In this document: piece after piece, positions 58,632 through 64,000 of the stretch
Layout: every line of letters starts with the position of its first letter
Position numbering within the stretch: position 1 is the stretch's first letter
Source of the DNA: Candidatus Poribacteria bacterium
GTDB taxonomy: Bacteria; Poribacteria; WGA-4E; PCPOR2b
Assembly (NCBI GenBank): GCA_965116925.1
Contig: OZ220744.1
Location: 5,856,001 to 5,920,000, forward strand
DNA: 64,000 nt
Direction of reading: 5' to 3'
Translations under genes and position numbers: made by a program
The notes under the pieces: model-generated
What the model was told of the DNA's origin: nothing
What the model saw: only the letters and a program-made list of their open reading frames with translations
The model's database searches: none

Positions 58632-59146
58632 TGGTATTTCCTTTCGGTGCCGTTGGGATATAAGAGTATCTTTTCACTGCATCAACTACCATTTCACAGG
58701 CACCGAGCATCTCAACGTCATCTTCCAGACGATTTACGCTTGGACAGTGTGCGCCTTGGCTGTGTCCTCCTGCACCGATAAATCCTGCTTTGAGCATTGT
58801 GACCTTTCTTCTTCGTCTTAATGTTCGCTAAATTTCGTAGGTCAGAGTATCCGTACTTTAGCACAAGACTGAATTGATTGCAAGAAATTTTTCGGATATC
58901 GGAGAGCCTTGCGAAAATTTGGAAAGGCTCAGGGACGGTTATAAATCGAAAAGTTTGATTCTCTCAATCTTTTATGATATTCTTGGTACCATATTAATTT
59001 TCAAGCAATTAAAGCATTTCTCTGTTTACAGAGAAGTCCGAATTTACATTGGGATATGTCGTTGGATGATATGCCGGTACGTTTGAAGGTGCAAGGCGTT
59101 TTGTATCTGGTGGATACGCCAGAAATAGGGTAAGGAGAGTCGCCTC

Positions 59147-60436
59147 ATGACAGATTTATTGGCAGCACGCGCACAGATGGCGATGTCGCTCGCATTTCAC
59201 ATTATTTTTGCGGTGATCGGTATAGCGATGCCGCTGCTAATGGTGATTGCGGAAGGGCTATGGCTCAAAACGCGAGAAGAGGTTTACCTGACGCTTGCGA
59301 AACGGTGGGCAAAAGGGACTGCAATTATGTTTGCTGTCGGCGCGGTCTCTGGCACCGTTTTGTCTTTTGAACTCGGTTTGTTGTGGCCCAATTTTATGGC
59401 TTACGCTGGTCCGATCATCGGCATGCCGTTTTCATTGGAAGGGTTTGCATTCTTCCTGGAAGCGATCTTCTTAGGGCTTTACCTCTATGGCTGGGACCGC
59501 ATTCCAAAATATGCCCACTGGTTTGCTGGGATGATGGTGCTGCTCGGCGGCACCTTGTCCGGTATTTTTGTTGTCACCGCGAATGCATGGATGAACACGC
59601 CTACCGGATTCTCTATTGTCAATGGAGAGGTGACGGATGTCGATCCGATTGCGGCAATGTTGAATCCCTCCTCGTTTAGCCAAACACTTCACATGACTAT
59701 CGCTGCTTTTCTGACAGTCGGATTTGCGGTGGCGGGCATTCACGCCTATTTTCTGCGACGTGATCCCGACAACCTGTTCCATCGCCGTGCGTTTGCGATT
59801 GCCTTGAGTGTTGGTGGTGTGTTCGCACTCCTGCAACCGATTTCGGGTGACATCAGTGCCAAGAAGCTTGCGAAACACCAACCTATCAAGCTTGCGGCGA
59901 TGGAGGCGCAGTGGGAGACCGAACGCGGGGCACCTTTACGTATCGGTGGTATTCCTAACGAGGACACTGAAGAGACTCGATATGCGCTTGAAATTCCGAA
60001 GGCACTTAGTTTTCTTGCGTACTCTGACTTCAACGCTGAGGTTATGGGGCTTAAGGCGGTGCCACCGGAAGACCGTCCGCCTGTGGCGATTGTGCATTTC
60101 GCATTTCAAATTATGGTAGCGTGCGGGATAGTGCTGATTGCTGCTGGTGTTATCGGTGGTTGGCTCGCGTGGAAACATAAAAGACTACCGGATCAACGTT
60201 GGTATCTTCGGTTCGTTACATTCTGTACACCGCTTGGGTTTATCGCGATTGAGGCAGGTTGGACAGTCACAGAGGTTGGACGGCAACCGTGGATTATTTA
60301 TAATTACATGCGAACCGCTGAGGCGGTAACCTCAATGCCGAACCTCGTTGTTCCCTTTCTCGGTTTTACGGTACTTTATATTTTCCTCTCTATTATCGTT
60401 GTTATCCTATTACGTCGTCAGATATTTTTAAGCTAA
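59147..60436 (+). CDS. cydA: Cytochrome bd ubiquinol oxidase subunit I
   Basis: AFHIIF, EG.AFFLE, ANAWMNTP, QPIKLAAMEA, GWTVTEVGRQPW. Confidence 0.95.
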   Translation: MTDLLAARAQMAMSLAFHIIFAVIGIAMPLLMVIAEGLWLKTREEVYLTLAKRWAKGTAIMFAVGAVSGTVLSFELGLLWPNFMAYAGPIIGMPFSLEGFAFFLEAIFLGLYLYGWDRIPKYAHWFAGMMVLLGGTLSGIFVVTANAWMNTPTGFSIVNGEVTDVDPIAAMLNPSSFSQTLHMTIAAFLTVGFAVAGIHAYFLRRDPDNLFHRRAFAIALSVGGVFALLQPISGDISAKKLAKHQPIKLAAMEAQWETERGAPLRIGGIPNEDTEETRYALEIPKALSFLAYSDFNAEVMGLKAVPPEDRPPVAIVHFAFQIMVACGIVLIAAGVIGGWLAWKHKRLPDQRWYLRFVTFCTPLGFIAIEAGWTVTEVGRQPWIIYNYMRTAEAVTSMPNLVVPFLGFTVLYIFLSIIVVILLRRQIFLS

Positions 60437-60583
60437 CGCCAAGCGTTAAACACGATTGTTAGTTAAACAATATTTCTCGGATAAGTTCCGCAGGACTCCG
60501 ATGTTGCCCTGCTGCTTGCACTTCAATAGATTGTTGCGACGAACCTACTGCCAGGCACCCACCGATACGTCGAGAGAACTTTC

Positions 60584-61624
60584 ATGTTGAGTCTTGACTT
60601 CTGCATTGCATGTGTAATGCTTATTTCCCTGATTATCTATATGTTGACAGGTGGTGCTGATTTTGGCGGCGGCATCTGGGATCTGTTTGCAACAGGTCGC
60701 CGTGCGAACGCACAGCGCTCGCTTATCGCACACGCGATTGGACCCATCTGGGAAGCGAACCATGTCTGGTTGATTGTGATTGTCGTTCTACTTTTCGTGG
60801 CGTTTCCTTTTGCATTCGCTGCAATTAGCACAGCTTTACATATTCCATTGACATTTATGCTCATCGGTATTGTGCTTCGCGGCACGGCGTTTGTGTTTCG
60901 CACCTATGATGTTCAATCGGATGTAATACACCGCCGTTGGAGCCGAGTATTCGCTGTTGCAAGTGTTATTACGCCTGTGATGTTAGGGGTTACGTTGGGC
61001 GCGGTCGCGTCCGGCACGATACACGTTGACGTGGAGAGTGGACAGGTGGACACAGATTTCATCTCGGCATGGTTTGCGCCGTTTCCGTTTGCAATCGGGT
61101 TCTTTACCTTGACGCTTTGTGCGTTGCTTGCGGCGGTGTATCTCACCCTTGAGACTGAGGACACAGAATTGCAGGAAGATTTTCGGCGACGTGCTCTCAT
61201 CTCGGCAGTGAGTGTCGGTGCGATGGCAGGACTGAGTTTTATCTTGTCTGCGGAGGGTGCACCAGCAATTCGACGCGGACTCGGTAGCGCGTCTTGGTCG
61301 ATCCCGTTTCATATTTTAACGGGTGCGATGGCACTGTGGGCGATCTGGACAATTTGGAAGCGTCAATTTCGCCTCGCGCGTATCCTCGTTCCGATACATG
61401 TTACGCTCATCGTTTTCGGTTGGGGGCTGGCACAGTATCCGTATCTTGTCACACCGGACTTAACCTTTTCAAATACGGCTGCACCGGATACAGTGTTGCG
61501 TCCGTTGTTGATTGTACTGATTGCGGGGGGTGTGCTGTTGGTGCCTGCTTTCTGGTATCTGTACGCTGTGTTTAAGGGTGCAGCGCGGAAGGCGGAGCAA
61601 ACCAAAGAAGAGATTGGTCCTTAA
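60584..61624 (+). CDS. cydB: Cytochrome bd ubiquinol oxidase subunit II
   Basis: GADFGGG, IGPIWEANHVWLI, LRG.AF.FR. Confidence 0.94.
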   Translation: MLSLDFCIACVMLISLIIYMLTGGADFGGGIWDLFATGRRANAQRSLIAHAIGPIWEANHVWLIVIVVLLFVAFPFAFAAISTALHIPLTFMLIGIVLRGTAFVFRTYDVQSDVIHRRWSRVFAVASVITPVMLGVTLGAVASGTIHVDVESGQVDTDFISAWFAPFPFAIGFFTLTLCALLAAVYLTLETEDTELQEDFRRRALISAVSVGAMAGLSFILSAEGAPAIRRGLGSASWSIPFHILTGAMALWAIWTIWKRQFRLARILVPIHVTLIVFGWGLAQYPYLVTPDLTFSNTAAPDTVLRPLLIVLIAGGVLLVPAFWYLYAVFKGAARKAEQTKEEIGP

Positions 61625-61722
61625 CGTGAATGGGATGAAAACGCCATTCCGATTCCACTCGGCATCGGTTAAATAACCAAAGTTAAGAACTTAGGCAACT
61701 GACTCCGTTTGAATGTTGAACT

Positions 61723-62778
61723 TTAACTTATCGAAAAAACGCTCACCCCACCCGACTCGTCACCAACAGCAACATGCTGATCATTCGGTGACCAAACGAG
61801 GCTTGTGACCCCCGCTGTCAGACCGACTTCATGAACCGCGAGAGAACGGTGGCGACCTCGCAATTGCCAGACGTAGACCAGACCGTCGGTGCCGCTTGAG
61901 GCTAGCAGTTTTCCGCGATGTTGAAAACGCACAACGCTGAGAAAATCCTGATGCCCGGAAAGCATAATGGGACTGGTATTGGCCGGTCCGCGACCGGAAC
62001 AATCCCACACCACAACGTCCTGACCGCCTCCCGTAGCCAAGTATCGACTCGTGGCATCCCACGAGAGTTCTCGCACTTTCGTTGGATAGCCAGACATTTG
62101 CAAGTCTTCACCGGTAGACATAATCCAGAAATGTACGGTCGAATCTTGATCGCCGGTGGCGATGTATTTGCCGTCAGGGCTCCACTCAATCACCAGTGAT
62201 GAGCCTTGCCATTCCAATCGGCGGACGGCTTCCGACTGTTGCGGGTCCCACAGCGTGACGCCGCCGTAGGCGATCGAGGCAAGTTGCCTCACATGCGGTC
62301 TCCACTGGAGACCAGAAATCGTGCTCTGATGGTCGGGATATTCGCGAACAAGATCGCCGACAGCGTTCCAGAGTTTCAGCTTACGACCAGCGGCAGAGGC
62401 GAGTATCGGTTTTTTGCCGCCACTCCAAGCGAGGTGCTCAACCCATGCTGCACCCCCATCAAGCGAATAGGTCGCTTCGCCACTTGTTATATCCCATAAC
62501 CGAATTTTCCCATCTTGTCCTGCGCTTGCAAGCACCTTGCTGTCTGGACGCCACGCGATTGACATTGTGCCGAATTCATGCCCTTTGAAGGCATGGATAA
62601 CCGATCGACGACGACCTTCAAAAATTGTCACCGGACCGAGAGCCGACGCAGCAGCGATGTATCTCCCATCAGGTGACCATGCTAGATCGATGACGTGGTC
62701 GCTGATGGTTGCGGTCCAATTTTCGCGCAGTTGAGAGGATTGGACAGAGCTGTTGTTGAGGTTGTTCAAGCGAGACAT
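61723..62778 (-). CDS. WD40-repeat protein
   Basis: GH...LASAGQDGKIRLWD repeats; no signal peptide. Confidence 0.9.
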   Translation of the reverse strand: MSRLNNLNNSSVQSSQLRENWTATISDHVIDLAWSPDGRYIAAASALGPVTIFEGRRRSVIHAFKGHEFGTMSIAWRPDSKVLASAGQDGKIRLWDITSGEATYSLDGGAAWVEHLAWSGGKKPILASAAGRKLKLWNAVGDLVREYPDHQSTISGLQWRPHVRQLASIAYGGVTLWDPQQSEAVRRLEWQGSSLVIEWSPDGKYIATGDQDSTVHFWIMSTGEDLQMSGYPTKVRELSWDATSRYLATGGGQDVVVWDCSGRGPANTSPIMLSGHQDFLSVVRFQHRGKLLASSGTDGLVYVWQLRGRHRSLAVHEVGLTAGVTSLVWSPNDQHVAVGDESGGVSVFSIS

Positions 62779-63998
62779 GCTTTAAACCCTTCAGTCAATT
62801 CTGCCCGGTCGAGGTTGCGCCCGATGAAGATGAGGCTATTGTAGCGCGGTTCACCACCCCACGGGCGGTCGGGGCGACCGTCGAAGAGCATATGAACACC
62901 TTGGAAGACAAATCGGTCTGGTTGACCCTTGATGCTCAGAATACCTTTCATGCGGAAGATGTCAAGACCTTTTGTCCTAAGCAGATTGCCAATCCAATCG
63001 TTCAGCCGGTCGGGGTCGAGGTCGCCGGGGGTTGTGATGCCGACCGATGTGACTTCGTCATCATGTTCGTGGTCTGGCTTAAATTCGCGGTCAACAACTG
63101 GCTTGATAAGGGCACCGCTGCCAAAGAGTTGTGCTTGGAATTCGTTGGGGTGATGCTCGGTAAACAGCGCGTAAGTGCCGGGGTGGTCGATCTGCACGTC
63201 AAAGCGTAATTCGTCCGCCGTGAGATTCAACTCGATGAGTTGTCCACTCGGTTGAAGGACGCCGCCTGCCGAAAGTTCATGCTCATCATCGGAGAAAACC
63301 ATAACGACTGGCTCAACAGCGGCCTGCAAAGCTTCATCGGTTGACTCATTTACGGGCACCAACGCGAGTTTCATCGTCGGGTCAGGACCTTCTTGGAGAA
63401 CCAGTTCATGCGTGCCTGCCGAAAGGTTATAAACACCAGCCCATTCAAAGGGATACTCCGGTTCCATAAACTGTGGGTCAACCTCCATCGCCCGATCCAG
63501 ATCGAATCCGCCGACATTGAGAATCTTGTCCATTTCCACCGCGGCGTTTTTCGTTCGATAAATCTTCGCTGCAGCGTTCATGCTGCGAATTCTAGCTTCC
63601 AGTTGATCCAACTCTTCCTCGGTCACAAGGTCAATCTTGTTCAACAAAATGACATCGGCAAAGGCAATCTGTTCACGCGCTTCGTCGCTGTCATCGATGT
63701 GCTGCCAGATGTGTTTGGCATCAACTACCGTCGTGACGGAATCCAGTTGCAGTTTCTCTTCCATTTCGGTGTCCATGAAGAACGTCTGAGCAACTGGCCC
63801 AGGGTCCGCAAGCCCTGTGGTTTCGACCATGATGTAGTCGAACTTATCGCGACGCTTCATCAGATTCCCCAAAATACGGATGAGATCGCCGCGCACCGTG
63901 CAGCAGATGCAACCATTGTTCATCTCGAAAATCTCTTCTTCGGCACCGATGACCAAATCATTATCGACGCCGACCTCGCCAAACTCGTTTTCGATGAC
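62766..63998 (-). CDS. CobW/COG0523 G3E GTPase metallochaperone (5'-partial)
   Basis: IENEFGEVGVD, NGCICCTVRGDL, ETTGLADP, NKID, C-terminal RMKGI...FQGVH. Confidence 0.93.
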   Translation of the reverse strand, partial: VIENEFGEVGVDNDLVIGAEEEIFEMNNGCICCTVRGDLIRILGNLMKRRDKFDYIMVETTGLADPGPVAQTFFMDTEMEEKLQLDSVTTVVDAKHIWQHIDDSDEAREQIAFADVILLNKIDLVTEEELDQLEARIRSMNAAAKIYRTKNAAVEMDKILNVGGFDLDRAMEVDPQFMEPEYPFEWAGVYNLSAGTHELVLQEGPDPTMKLALVPVNESTDEALQAAVEPVVMVFSDDEHELSAGGVLQPSGQLIELNLTADELRFDVQIDHPGTYALFTEHHPNEFQAQLFGSGALIKPVVDREFKPDHEHDDEVTSVGITTPGDLDPDRLNDWIGNLLRTKGLDIFRMKGILSIKGQPDRFVFQGVHMLFDGRPDRPWGGEPRYNSLIFIGRNLDRAELTEGFKACLA

Positions 63999-64000
63999 GG

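Noticed and set aside
58140..58781. 213-aa plus-strand ORF and other long antisense ORFs (e.g. 18418-19053)
   Set aside because: Shadow frames of better-supported opposite-strand genes.

Overview
Bacterial window, probably Candidatus Poribacteria (inferred from many TolB-like propellers ending in a 'K..TWG.LK'-type motif, PhyH, sulfatase and maturase genes; not verified). 1-10.4 kb is the distal S10/spc/alpha ribosomal protein cluster (rpsC to rplQ). It lacks rpmD (a repeat element sits in its place) and adk/map/infA. The rest is accessory: catabolic enzymes, a tandemly duplicated three-gene TolB-like propeller cassette, tRNA-Ala(GGC), an ABC exporter, GNAT/methyltransferase/APH genes, cydAB and a CobW-WD40 pair. 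Intergenic DNA is rich in nested MITEs and REP-like palindromes, plus an intact IS5 and a deleted IS982. The main find is a structurally complete 2356-nt group IIB intron (49181-51536). It is inserted between the last codon and the stop codon of an enolase-family gene, so it is nearly silent whether spliced or not. Its RT is reduced to a MITE-interrupted remnant, but it carries three non-RT ORFs in the loops of domains I, II and IV. A second notable item is an orphan TnpB-type omega-RNA-like unit (56390-56612, minus strand). All RNA structures were paired by eye, not computed.
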